From Podospora anserina (Eukaryota): a stretch of DNA of 64,000 nucleotides. Location of the stretch: NCBI GenBank assembly GCA_017654855.1, contig CM030337.1, positions 2,356,001 to 2,420,000 on the forward strand. Direction: 5' to 3'. The notes under the pieces were generated by a model. The model saw nothing but the letters and a program-made list of their open reading frames with translations, had not been told where the DNA came from and made no database searches. Shown here piece by piece: positions 21,874 through 35,055 of the stretch (position 1 is its first letter; every line of letters begins with the position of its first letter). Position numbers and translations under genes: made by a program.

Positions 21874-24800
21874 CCCCCCCACAGACAGCACACCGCCGTC
21901 CAAAATGAAGCCATCGCTAATATCCTCCGAAGCCCAATATACGCCCAGATTCTTCCACTTCCTTTGACTCCTTTGCCCAATACCCTAGTAGCCTTTTTCC
22001 CATACAAATATACGTTCTCCTACATATTTTAAACCGGAAAATCTTATATTCCTAACAGCTATATAAACTTTACGTGTTTCTCCCTTTATAGTATCTTTAT
22101 AAATCTATCCGCCGGTATTTCCAACCCAGAGATATGTTAAATACCAAATCTTCCTTCCTTTACTTATTTACTTACCTACTTATACCGTATATCGATATAC
22201 CGGGTCCTAGCGATATTCTGAGGGTTTAGAACTGTGATTTCGGCGTTCTTACTATCGGTATATAGTATATATGGCCTTAGCTGTAGTATACTATAGTCTT
22301 CTAATATCTTTAACACCTACTACAGTAAATACCCTATAAGCGTCAGGTTAATAAATTCTACCTCCGTCGTACTTAGGGCGATAAAGGTTTGCTTCTTACT
22401 CTTTTATAATACTGGCCCACTAGCTACGAAAACGACGTAGCCGCTAGTGGAATATCTCTAAAGTAAAATATTTATATATAAAGTATTTACGAATCCTATA
22501 AGTTTTATATCTTTTATCGAAAACTCGGAGCCTCCTAGTATAATATATAGTTTCCTAGTAGTAATTAAGTACCGGAAAAAGTATTTTATTAACTCTAAGT
22601 AACGTAGTAAGGGCCTAAAATTACCCCCGTAAAAGCGGTTAACGGTAAAAGTAATGTCGGGCCAAGTACCGGTAAATAACTAGTTTAACGTACCGGTTTT
22701 CCGAATATATTCCTTCACTTCTATAATTATTTTCTCCTATATAAAAGGAAGTTTTAGCTTAGCTAATTACGGTATAGTTACGCCGGTTATATTTTTATAG
22801 CCGAACTTTTCGAGTAAAGCGTTAATATAAGTTACTTAAGATAAGTAAATTTATTTCTTCCCGCAATTCTTTATAATATTAAAACCTAAAAACCTTTTCG
22901 GCTCGCTTAGTTTTTTAATACTATACTTACTCTTTAACCCGGTAGTAATATTTTTAATAATTTTTATTATAAGTATTAATATAAATAGATTATTTACGTA
23001 TAAAACTATTAAGGTACTTATCTTTTTATAACGGAATAAATAAAAGTTTAATAAAAGGGTATCGAAACTTAGTTTAATTATTATAAGTTTTATTATTTTA
23101 TATTAGTAAATAAGTAACTTCTTTAGGCCGTATAATACCCTTTTAAGCTAGTATATTTTATTTAATAATTTACTTAAGTTATTTAATAGTCGTACGTAGT
23201 ACTATACGATATTAAGGATTTTAATATTAAAAAATATTATTTTAAAGTCGTATTAAAAATATTTTTAATTATTTACGGTTATAATAGTTTAAAAGTATTT
23301 AATTATTACGCTATTTATAACGGTAGTATAAATATTCTATATAGCCTAAAAGTCTTTATTAAAAGTTATTATATATTACTTACTTTGCTTTAACTTTTAC
23401 TTTATTAATTTAAAGGTTTATTTTTTTATTATATATTTATTTATTCGGTAAAACGTTATAGCTTTTCGGCGTATTTATTAACTTATAAACGTTTTTTTTT
23501 AATAGGCCGGCGTTTTACTCCTTTATAGTAAATAATTAATATTTATAATAATTCTCGAATTTCTTTATTTACCGGTAATTTCTAAATATATAAAACTTAT
23601 TAATAATTTATAAAAGATAATCGATTTTAATTATAAATAAAGCGTAGGCTATTACTTTATATAATTATAAATTATTAAAATATATTATAAAAAAACTTTA
23701 ATAAAAGTATTTACTTTACTATAGTTTTTTATAAAAGTTTAATCCCTAATTTTTTATTATTACTCTATAAAACCGCTTTTAAACCGGCGAAAAAACTACC
23801 GCTTCCTTTATATAGCTTATATTAAATTCGAAATCGTCGTTAAAGTCTTTAACTAAGCTTTTTATATTTAAATTTAGTAACTTACTATTAATTTAATTAT
23901 TATTAAGCTCCCCTATAGCTTTACCTTCCTCCCCCCCTATTAACCTCGTAAGGGAAGTAAGCTTTTTTATAATAAAAAAGTTAATAGTATAAAGCGTTTA
24001 ATTATAATTTAGTAAAATAAATACCTCGGACCGTATATCCTTTATTTTTTCGGCGTTAAAAAAATCTTTTACGTTTAAAACTTTAAATAATAAAAATAAT
24101 ATTAATAATAATATAATTTTCGAAGTAAATAAAATAATTTATTTAAGGTCTTTAGCTTTCCCTATTTTAATTATTAAAGTACTTTACTATAAATCGGGCT
24201 TTAGTATAGTAATAAGTTTATTATCGAAAGTAACCTTCCTCCTTAAAAATATTATTTTATTAATAATAGTATTTTCTTTTTCGGCTATAATATTATTAGT
24301 AAAAACTATTTTATACTTAATATCTTTATATTTATCGTTATTAGGCTTATAAAAATCGTTTTTATTAAACTTTATAATATTAATTTTTATAATTTTATTA
24401 ATAATTAAGTTTTAAACTTAATATATTTTACTATATATATTTATATAATTAATAAACTTTTTTTTTTTTACCCTAATAATAAACTTATTTAAATTAACCC
24501 GGTAGGCCGGCTTAATATAGTAATACGCGTCGTAAAAGTATAAGCGTAAGTACCGAATATATAACTTCCGCTCGCCCTTAAATATATTAAGCTTTATAAT
24601 ATACTTTTCGTAAATATTAATATTTCTTTCGTTAACCCTCGAGGGTAATAAATTATTTACATAAACTATAAACTATATAATAAATAAAAATAATTTCTTT
24701 AATATTTTATAGATTAATATAATAGCCCTAATACGGTTAAGCGTAATCCTTACGGCCCTCTTTACCTTTTTATTTATTTACAGTAAGTAAGGTACGGTTT

Positions 24801-27429
24801 TAAAAATAGTAATACCTTCTTAGTCGGCCCAGGTAACTATACGGCTATCGTTAAAGGTTTTAAAGCCCTAAATAAATTCCGTACCGCTATTAAAGCCGAT
24901 AATACTAATTTTATACCCGGTTTAGTACGCGATTTTCGTCTCGAAATCCTTAACTTTATCGAATACTTACTTTTTCTTTATTATAAAGTTAATTTACTTA
25001 TAATTACTTTATATATTTATATATTAAATAAAATATTTATAATTTAAATATTTAAGGTTTTTATAAATAATAATATTAATATAAATAAAGTTAAATAGGT
25101 TATTAATTTACGAAAAGATTAATAAACTTAATTAATTTATTATTTTTATTATTATATAAAGCTCGTAAAAAAAGTTATTACCGATAAGCTTAATACCTAC
25201 CTATATATAAGTTTTATAAATATCGTTCTTATTAATATATATTAAGTAATAATATATTACCCGGTAATTAATAAATATTATTATAACTTTAATAAAAATT
25301 TTTATTAAAAATATTTTACTAAAATTAATATTAAGTATTATATTTATTTAATATATATTATTATTCCTAATTAATTTATATATTACTTATTTAATACCTT
25401 TAAGGATTAAATTATAACTTTTTTAGTCCTAAAAAATACTTTTATTAAGTAACTTATCCGCCGATATTAAATTAACGGGCGCTTATAAATAATATATCGC
25501 TTCCTTAAACTTTAAAGTAATAACCTAATTACTTAAAAAGGTAAATTATAACGCTACAGTACTCTAATAACTATATTTTATAATATTTCTTAACGACGAA
25601 AGGAACCTCTTTTCCTTCCCTTTAGGTAGTAAATAAAGTTTAATAAATTACTTTAATTTATTAAATATAAAATCTATATATCCGGAGTCGTAATATATAT
25701 AATTTTTAAATACTTTAACGGCTTATTAAATTTTAAAAATATTTATTAAGGAAAGTATTACTTTTAAGGGCCAAAACGAAAATCTAATTAATTATTATTA
25801 TAGTAAGTAAGGAATAATATATTAACGAAGTTATTAAATAGTATTAAAATATTATAAATAAATTAATCCTTCGAAAATCTAATATTAGTAATACTATTAG
25901 TATAGCCTTAAAAAATCTTTATTAATAAGCTAATACTTTACCGCTTTTCTTACCTATCCACTTATACCTTTTCCCTATACTCCTAATCTTTTAAAGCTTT
26001 ATTAAAATTATATTACTAATAGACTTTACTTTTCGGGTAATAACGATTATAATTTATATAATATTAATTATTTTTCTTTAAACTTTTAATATATTAATCG
26101 TATTTCTTTATTAAGATTAATAACATAATAAATAAAAGTATAATTACGGCTAGGGTTTTAATAATTTTAATAGTAATTTTAAAGTAAATTAATATAGTTT
26201 TTTTTATAACGGCTTTAACGTTATACTCCTAATAAAAAAGCGACTAGGTTATAGTACCGTCTTTTATTTTCCTTACTAACCGATCGTATAAATCGGGGTA
26301 CGTAGTTTTAATATTATTTAAGGTAATCCAAAAGTAAATTACGTAACCAATCTTAATTTCTATTATATTAAAACGATAGTGAAGGACCTTAAACTAATTA
26401 AAATAAATTTAAAATAAAGCGAAATTAATATACTTAAAAGTAAAATACTCCTTTAAAAATATATTAATAATATCGAAAGTACTATATTATAAGGCTTAAA
26501 TAACTTTTTAATATAAACTATAAATATTAATACTATCGGCCTTTTAACCTAAATTAAAAATTTATTATCGGATCTCGGGCTTTTTAACGGAAACTATTAT
26601 TAGATTTTAAATATTTAGATTATTAATACGCTATTGGTCGAAGGTAAGTATCTTTTTTTCCGTTAATAATTATATATTAACTTTAATATAGTCCTCTAAA
26701 CTATAATATATAAAGGATTAAGTTAATTAAAATTCTTAACCGGAAAAATCGGTTTTTAAGTTTAAAGCTAATAAAATTTAAAAGGTTCGTTACTTAACCG
26801 TAACGACGGTATTAATATTCCCTATAACTTTTATAAATTCTAAAAACTAAACTATAATAACGTTAATACTAATTATTTTAAAAGAAAAACTAATTAAAGA
26901 AAAGTCGTAAAAAAGATACTATAAAAAAAACGTTAAAAGAAAAATTTAAAGAAAGGCGTTACTTAACTTTATAACCGTTAATAGTAGGTTAAATTAATTT
27001 AAGTAAAGGGCGAGATACTTACTTTGCTATCGGTCTCCTAATAAGGCAGGATAGAGTTCTCGACTGCTACTGGAAAATAGTAACTTCTTAATTAAAAGGT
27101 TATAAAAATAATAGAATTAAAGAAACTTAATTAGGAAAAGGTTAGTACCGTAAACTATACTCTTATTAGTAAGGGGTGGTCGGTCGCTTTAACTCTTCGT
27201 TAAAATAAGGGTTAGGGTTAAAACCAGGCTTCCGTTGATTAGGAAGTTAGTTAACTCTCTTAACGCCTCTAAAATCGCCGTCGAAAGATTTAATTATATA
27301 ATATTAGCCTAACAAAGGTCGAAAAGTCGTAAGGTCCGGTGTGGTATTCGGCTTTGCGAGGTCGGGTTGTCGACGAGGGCGTCGACTTCGGTTTACTTAG
27401 TAATTTAAGCGTTAAAAAAGCTTATAACC

Positions 27430-27616
27430 TGTTAGGCTAGTGACCTAGGAAAGTCACTGGCTGCGAAAATGAGGCCAAAATTGGCTAGAAAAAAATAGTA
27501 AACAAATTGGTATTACAGTAGTTGGTTGTTGGTTAAAAAGTAAACAGTAAGAAAATCCAGCCCCAAGAGCAAACCGGTGTGGGTCTGGGAAAACCTGGGC
27601 CCTTTGGTGCCCCACA
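27430..27616 (-). repeat. 5' LTR (187 bp)
   Basis: Direct repeat of 21687-21873. Confidence 0.95.
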
Positions 27617-27717
27617 CCTTTTTTAGTATGTGTCAACAACAACGCTCTCACTCGTACAACAATTGTGGAAAACGCCGTTTCCGGAATCTTTAGATATTTG
27701 CGCGCAAGTCAAGTGGG

Positions 27718-29320
27718 TTAGTTGACTGCCTCAGTTACCTTCTTGGAAGGTCTAACCACACGCCCACGGCGAGTGACCCTCTGGGAGCTAGTCTCTGATG
27801 ACATCGTTGAAGCCATCGCCAAGACGGTATTAGGCTCCTGCCTTTCAGTTGTGGTGTTGACGGTGGGCGCAGCCTTCTTGGTACGCTTGGGTGTTGACTC
27901 TGAGGCGATCATGAGACCGGCCCTCTTTCTTGGAGGGACCCTCAGAGTGACTCTGGGCTCTTCAGTCTCAGGCTCCTCAAGACCATTTCCATCTTCCTTG
28001 CCACTATTCCCAACGGTCTCATTATCACGACCGGTCTAGACCGGAGGCAGAAAGCCAGTGTCAAGGAAGTAGAAGCCATCCTAAAGATCGCCATCGTCTT
28101 CAGATTCTGGTTCCATCTCCCACTGCGAGAGGCGGCGCCTGACCGAGGGAGGGAGACGGGGATTACTCCCTTTAACTGGACCTGGCTTCTTCTTCTTGGT
28201 GATCTTCCCAGTCACCTTCTTGCGGTTGACGGCTTCGGTGATCATTTTGTTTTGTGATCTTGGAGGTCCTGGCAATATTTTTCTTCTTTTTCTTAGTAGT
28301 GTCGAGATACCGTGGGGATGACAACTACTCCCGTGGGAAGTCCGAGCTTCTTGTTACTCGGCCGCCCCTTCAGCTTGGTAGTCATCTTGGGATTCTTGAT
28401 GCGCAGGTAAGGATCATCCTCTCCCTATAAAAACAGTATCAGAAAGATTCTCATTGAAGCAACTATCATCAAAAGACTTACCAAAGGCTGTTGAAGATCC
28501 CAGTGATGATGTATATCACTGAGACTGAGAGTCTCCTTCGAAATTCGATCGGCGATGACATGACGACAAGGAACGCCCAGCTGCAAGGATACCGTACAGT
28601 CTGCATTGCAATCCCCAAGTGGTCTCTTTGCAGGTCAGTTGTCTCTGGGGATATTACCCTGGTAGTGGCGATACTCATCCTGGATGAGGAGACGTCCCTT
28701 AAGCAATATATTCCTCGGCAGTTCACCAAGATACTCTTTTTCAAGAAATTCGTGGCGAACGCGAGTCTCATTGTTAGTTAACTTGCTGGTGAAGATGCTG
28801 AACTGCTCCTTCACCATTCTTTGATGGCGCGAATGAAGCTAGCGAGGTCGCCTCGACCGTTAATGAGGTGGCTTTTGATCGCGTGATTGGTTGATTCTGT
28901 TGTTGAAGTGACTCTTCCACCGAAGTTTCGATATCGCTTGGTGTAACAATGAGCCCACTGCTCGCGGAGGGGAATCCGCTGGTCCTGTATTTAGGGAAGG
29001 GTCCTCTGCTGGTCATGGAAATATTGAGACAGCTGTATCCAGGCCTTCCAAAACGCGCTCTGAGTCTGGGAGTAGAGGACCGACTTGAAGAAGACTATAA
29101 AGCTATGGGGATCCTTCTCGATAGTGACCGAGTGAGCATCTATATCAACATCTTCGCCACGGCGAAGGTTATCGAGGAATAACTTTTCCCGGGCAGTAAG
29201 ATTGGCAGCAGATTCCTAATCTGCATCAACATGTTGCTCTTCATCAGCCTCAACGGTGTTGGTGTTTCTTCTGGGCTTGGCATTGAAGAAGATATTCTTG
29301 ATGATGTGAAATATACAGAT
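27718..29320 (-). pseudogene. Mutator-like (MULE) transposase relic, 5'-truncated
   Basis: Hand translation gives CIFHIIKN (CxxH), WAHCYTKRYRNFGGRVTSTTESTNHAIKSHL (catalytic E region), SWIM-like CNADCTVSLQLGVPCRH, an intron at about 28426-28481, then DPYLRIKNPK..KGRP. Several in-frame stops. Confidence 0.85.
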
Positions 29321-29457
29321 CCCACCCATCACCCCCTCTGGTCCCTTTGACAATGGAGAGCCACCAACCTGCGGGCTTTTGAAGGAGCTTAGCACGGGCG
29401 CGCTGAGACCCCCTTCTCGAGGGCATGCACTTATTACTTGCTACACAATCACATATA

Positions 29458-31319
29458 ACGTACATTATCAGTGAGTCGTGCATATCAGTGGGTCGCGCAC
29501 TCCCTAGCGCGACGCGTCCTCATTGCACTTTGCATCGAATTTTTCTACAATCCAATATGCCTTCTATTTTAAAGGAAGCGAGGGTAATCTTAGCCCTCGA
29601 AGCTCTCTAAAAGGACGAAAAATTAAGCCTCAGAGCCGCAGCTATGCTTTATAATATACCACCATCAACCCTCCGCGACCGACGCGCTGGCCGGCCTGCA
29701 CGACGCGATACTACGCCCGGTACAAAGAAGCTCACTCAATCAGAAGAGGAGGCTATTATCCAATACATTATTGAGCTATATACGCGAGCTTTTCCACCCA
29801 GATTACGTGGTGTGGAAGATATGGCCAACCAACTGCTACGCGTACGCGATGCGCCCCCTATCGGCAAGCTCTAGGTATATCGATTTATTAAATGCTAGCT
29901 AGAGCTCTATACGCGTTTTATACGTAAATACGACTATTAGAGGGCCAAGTGCGAGGATCCAAAGGTTATTAGCGAGTGGTTCGCGCTTATACGGAACACT
30001 AAAGCTAAGTACGGTATTATAGATAACGATATTTATAACTTCGACGAGATTGGGTTTATAATAGGTATTATTTTCGCGGGTATAGTAATTACGACCTCGG
30101 ACGGCCTTAATAAAGCGAAACTAGTTTAGCCTAGTAACCGCGAATAGGTAATAATAATTTAAAAAGTTAATACCCTCGGTTAGGCTATCTTTCTTTTTAT
30201 TATTTTAGCCGCGTAATATTACTTTACTAATTAGTATACCGAGTATAATTTATTATCTACCTAGCGTATCGCAACTACCGATAATAACTAGACTATTAAT
30301 CCGGTAGGTTTAGATTGGATTAAGTACTTCGATTACTATACGGCGCCCCGGATAAAGGGCAAATACCGGTTATTAATCCTCGACGGTTATAAAAGTTATT
30401 ACTCGACCGAATTTAAGCGTTACTGTTAGTAAAATAATATTATTACGCTCTATATACCTCTATATTCTTTATACTACCTCTAACTACTCGATATCGGCTG
30501 CTTTGGGCCATTAAAGCAGGCGTACGGCCGCCAGATCGAGGACTTAATGCGTATATATATTAACTACGTAAGTAAGTTCGAGTTCCTCTGTGCCTTCCGC
30601 GAGGCTTTCTTCGCCTTTATAACGGAGAAGAATATATAGGGTAGCTTTGCGGGTACTGGCCTTATACTATACGATCTAGAGAGGGTACTTTCTAAGCTAG
30701 ATATAAAGCTTCGTACGCCAATACCCCCATCCTTAAGGCCGGGCACGGCACTCCCTTAGCTCTCCCAAACACCACACAACCCTCGAGAAGCTACCTCACA
30801 GTCAAAGCTTATTAAAACTCGGATATCAAACCACCAGGGTAGCTCTCCAACATCTATGTTGGCTACTGTGGATCGATTAGCTAAAGGTACGATGACTGTA
30901 ATGCACGAGGTGGCTCTTCTACGTATGGAGCTCTCGGCACTGCGAAAGGCCAATGAGGCACTTAGTAAGAGACGGAGAGCCAAAAAAACACGTGTGAGGC
31001 TTGGAGGGTCACTTGCCGTACAAGAGGCACAGGATCTACTGGATCAGAAGGCTGTGGGTGAGCAGGTAATCCAGGAAAATCGATAAAGTGGTGGTGGTAC
31101 AGGGGGGTCTCGTACGAAGACTCAGTGCTGTGGTATATGCGGCAAGCCTGGCCATAATGCACGCACTTGCCAGGAGGCTGCAGAATCATCTGATTCAGCT
31201 GTTTCTGATGTAATTGTAGTTAATTCCTAATGTTGGTGTGTTATAATCGAGGGTAATTGTAGTAGGGTGGTAGAGAGTGCGCGACCCACTGATATGCACG
31301 ACTCACTGATAATGTACGT
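29458..31319 (+). mobile_element. Fot1/pogo (Tc1-mariner) DNA transposon 1, RIP-mutated
   Basis: Perfect 45-bp TIRs (29458-29502 / 31275-31319) and TA on both sides; 1862 bp. Transposase relic from ATG 29557 with HTH (YNIPPSTLRDRRAG), YNFDE, LILDG and a C-terminal CGICGKPGHNARTC knuckle. Confidence 0.95.
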
Positions 31320-31332
31320 TACTAACCTTTTA

Positions 31333-33212
31333 ACGTACATTATAAGCGAGTGCACTATATAAGCGAGTGCATTACTTTTTAAGCGACGTACTATCCTTCC
31401 ACCCAACATCGACTTTTTCTACATAACCCAATATGCCTTCTACTTTAAAGGAAGCCAGGGTGATCTTAGCCCTCAAAGCTCTTGAAAAAGATAAAAATCT
31501 TAGCCTTCGAGCCGCAAGAAAGATCTATAACGTCCACTATACGACTCTCTTACAACGACGCGCTAGCCGGCCTACACGACGCGATATTACGCCCAAATCG
31601 AAGAAGCTTACTTAATCCGAAGAGGATACTATTGTTCAATACATTATTAAGCTATATACGCGAGCTTTTCCACTAAGATTACGTGGTGTGGAAGATATAG
31701 CTAACTAACTATTACGCGTATGCGACGCGCCCCCTATTAGTAAACTCTGGGTATATAACTTCGTTAAACGCTAGTTACAGCTCCGTACGCGTTTTACGCG
31801 TAAATACGATTATTAGAGGGCTAAGTGCGAGGATCTAAAGGTTATTACCGAGTAGTTTACGCTTATACGGAATATTAAAGCTAAGTATAGTATTATAAAT
31901 AATAATATTTATAACTTCGACGAAATTAGGTTTATAATAAATATTATTTTCGTAGGTATAGTAATTACGACTTTAAACGGCTTTAGTAAGGCAAAACTAG
32001 TTTAGTTTAATAACCGCGAATAGGTAATAGTAATCTAAGAAGTTAATACCCTCGGTTAAACTATCCCTCTTTTTATTATTTTAGCCGTATAGTATTACTT
32101 TACTAATTAATATACCGAATATAATTTACCGTTTACTTAATATATTATAATTATTAATAATAAATAAATTATTAATCCGGTAAACTTAAATTAAATTAAG
32201 TACTTCGATTATTATATAGCGTTCCGTATAAAAAGTAAATACCGGTTATTAATCCTCGATAGCTATAAAAGTTATTACTTAATCGAATTTAAACGCTATT
32301 ACTAATAAAATAATATTATTACGCTCTATATACTTCTATACTCCTCCTACCTCCTCCAGCTACTCGATATTAACTACTTTAAGCTGCTAAAATAGGCGTA
32401 CGGTCGCTAAATCGAAAACTTAATACATATATATATTAACTATATAAGTAAACTCGAATTCCTCTATACCTTCCGCGAAGCCTTCTTCGTCTCTATAATA
32501 GAGAAGAATATATAGGGTAGCTTTACGGGCGCTAGCCTTATACCGTACGATTTAGAGAGGGTGCTTTTTAAGCTGGATATAAAGCTTCGTACGCTAATAC
32601 CTCTAAACTTACGGCCTAGCACTATATAACCTTGGGTCTCCCAGACACTATATAACCCTCGAAAAGCCAATTCACAATCAACGCTTATTAAGACTCGCAT
32701 TACTAACCATTAAAATAGCTCCCCGATTTTAATACTGGCTATAGTAGACCAGCTTGCTAAAGGTACAACGGCTATAATGTACCAGGTGGCTCTCCTTCGT
32801 GCAGAGGTCTCTTCGCTCCGTAAGGCCAATGAGGCACTAAGTAAGCGCCGGAGAGCTAAAAAAACACGTGTAAGGCTTGGAGGGTCACTTACTATACAAG
32901 AGGCACAGGATCTATTGGATCAGAAGGCCGTGGATAAGGAGGGAGTGCAAGAAACGTAGCCGGATAGTAGTAATGCAGGGGAGGCTCGTACGAAGGTTCA
33001 GTGCTGTAGTGTGTGCGGCAAGCCTGGCCATAATGCGCGCACTTGCCAGGAAGCTGCAGATGCCTCAGATTCAGCTGTTTCTGATGTAATTATAGTTAAT
33101 TCCTTGTGTTGATGTGGTGTAATTGAGGATAGTATTCGTAGGGTGGTGGAAAGTGGTGCACTCGCTTATATGGTGCACTCGCTTATATGGTGCACTCGCT
33201 TATAATGTACGT
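31333..33212 (+). mobile_element. Fot1/pogo DNA transposon 2 (related subfamily), RIP-mutated
   Basis: TIRs start acgtacattataagcgagtgca, TA on both sides; 1880 bp. Transposase relic from ATG 31433, colinear with element 1. Confidence 0.95.
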
Positions 33213-33752
33213 TATACACAAAGAAATGTGTTAGAGCCGGGTATATATCGGATAGTCACAACCGAGAGGGATTATGTAAGCTGTTTAGTCAATCAAACAG
33301 ACTCCAGTCTGCATGCTATATGACTCCCTACTCTAATAATGCACCTGAATCTCCTCCTTATAGCACGGCTTGATTCCCTCAACATTACCTTTGCTATCCT
33401 CTGCCCGTTATCCCGGGCAGCCGACTATGTTATGCTCCGTGGGTAACTTATCCAGACACTTGAAGCAAACAGGGCGGCCTGCAAGCCCACAAAGCGCAGG
33501 TGTCCGGGCAGTCATTAAATGGAAGCAACCTAGTATTCATTCTGTCAGCGCATTGCACTATATGTACATGATCTACTGGCTTAAACACCCTCAACCTTCG
33601 TACCTCAGGATCTGCCTCTCGGTACTGTCGCTCCTGACAACAGTCTCGTAGCGGTTTGCACATCAGGAAGATCGATCACTTCCCCGAACGTCATAGCGTA
33701 TGGTGCAAGCCTTGAACGAGAATGCCTGTCCCTAGTCATCATCTTCCAAAAC

Positions 33753-34369
33753 CGTGACACAGCACGGATAGTACGAGCGGCGCGGGACGCTCTTAGCTAA
33801 TTGTTAAATTAGATATGAACTAACTAATTAGGAAGTAATTAGGGTAATCACGACATGATTACTATAATCATGGACGAGGCTAATTAAGGCGTAATCAGAG
33901 TAATTAAGGTATAATCACAATGATTATTAGCAAAGTCAATTAGGACGTGATTAGGGTGGCTGTACAGTACGTGGGACACGGGATGTGCCCAGCCAATCGC
34001 TAAAGGAACCAATAGGAAGTGGAGCGCCTGGGAGCGCCGGGAGCGTGGTGATCCAAGTGATCCTAAGGTGACGAGAGTGATACTCTTGGCACCGTGATCC
34101 ATGGTGATCCAACGCTGGAAGAAGTGATCCAGGATCACGCTTAGCATAGTGATCCAGGTCATCCACTGGTCTATATATATGGAGGAACTGGCTGGTGTAG
34201 ATAAACAGTTCCGCAGTATACAATATAAGTCACAACCGTTAGTATCTAGACTGTTAAAATTGAGACAAGCCATTTGTTGTATACTGCTTAGCTGTACCGA
34301 ACCAGGATTGTTTAGAAGTGCCTTTTAACCAGTATCCCTTTCAGAGGTTCTGGATAGGGGTTCGTCACA
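33753..34369 (+). mobile_element. Solo-LTR-like sequence
   Basis: Ends (c)gtgac...gtcaca; internal GTGATCC repeats; TATA box ctatatatat at about 34170; TA-enriched RIP-like first half. No matching TSD. Confidence 0.5.
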
Positions 34370-34626
34370 GCGAGGGAAGCTCGCCACTCCTAAATAATTC
34401 TTAAATAACAAGCTAAACCTATTAGGGAGCTGTGTCCGGTAACTCGCTTAAGATACTGCATTATAAGTGCCATTCTAGGTGCCATCACCACCTGGTCATC
34501 CTGTATCTTCCTGCCTATAGGTCCTATGCCATTTGTCTCGGCGCCATTGCCCCGCGGTCAATTATCTCGGGGTCGCTCCTGGCCTTGTGGTTCGCCGCGG
34601 TTGCGTGACCAACCGTGCTCACGTGC

Positions 34627-35055
34627 TTACAACGCTGACATGGCTTGGCAGGTTGTAACACACCTATGAAGAAGGGTCGAGTGTTCTCCTACCACTTGGC
34701 GAACCGTCTCCCTGTCCAAGGCCTCATATACCGAAGGCCAACCGGTACAGTTGTGGAACTGTGCATTGAAGTAAGCCCAGCATGCTGCTCTGGTGCGAAG
34801 GGTTTCCGAGTAAAGCGTTGTGGACGTGACAGTGAAAAGGCGCAGGGGAACGCCGTACATTTCCTGGGCGATGGCGATGAGTTTGCACGTGCACATCAGC
34901 CTGAGATCGATCGGCTTGTTGTTGGCTGTCCTCAGTTTGTTTGCCTCAAAGTCATAGATGTACTCATCGCCATCTTCGTGGCCGGCGCCGAGATACTCCT
35001 TGTAGATGTAATTGCGCAACTCGCCGGGTATTTGCAAGAGGTGTGACCGAACCAT
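34627..35055 (-). pseudogene. Truncated F-box-like hypothetical protein
   Basis: LLQIPGELRNYIY...YIYDFEANKLRTANNKPIDLRLMCTCKLIA. The ORF stops after 142 aa close to the LTR-like insertion. Confidence 0.55.

Larger units (their letters stand above)
21687..27616 (-). mobile_element. Full-length Ty1/copia LTR retrotransposon, interior destroyed by RIP
   Basis: LTRs 21687-21873 and 27430-27616 (TG...CA); TSD CCTTT at 21682-21686 and 27617-27621. PBS-like ggttataagc after the 5' LTR and a G-run PPT before the 3' LTR. Relic motifs occur in copia order: integrase NSGTEF (~24885), RT VLYGLKK (~23130) and LYVNNL from YVDDL (~22995), RNase H ALSTTEVEF (~22365) and RTRYIDIRY (~22195). Confidence 0.95.
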
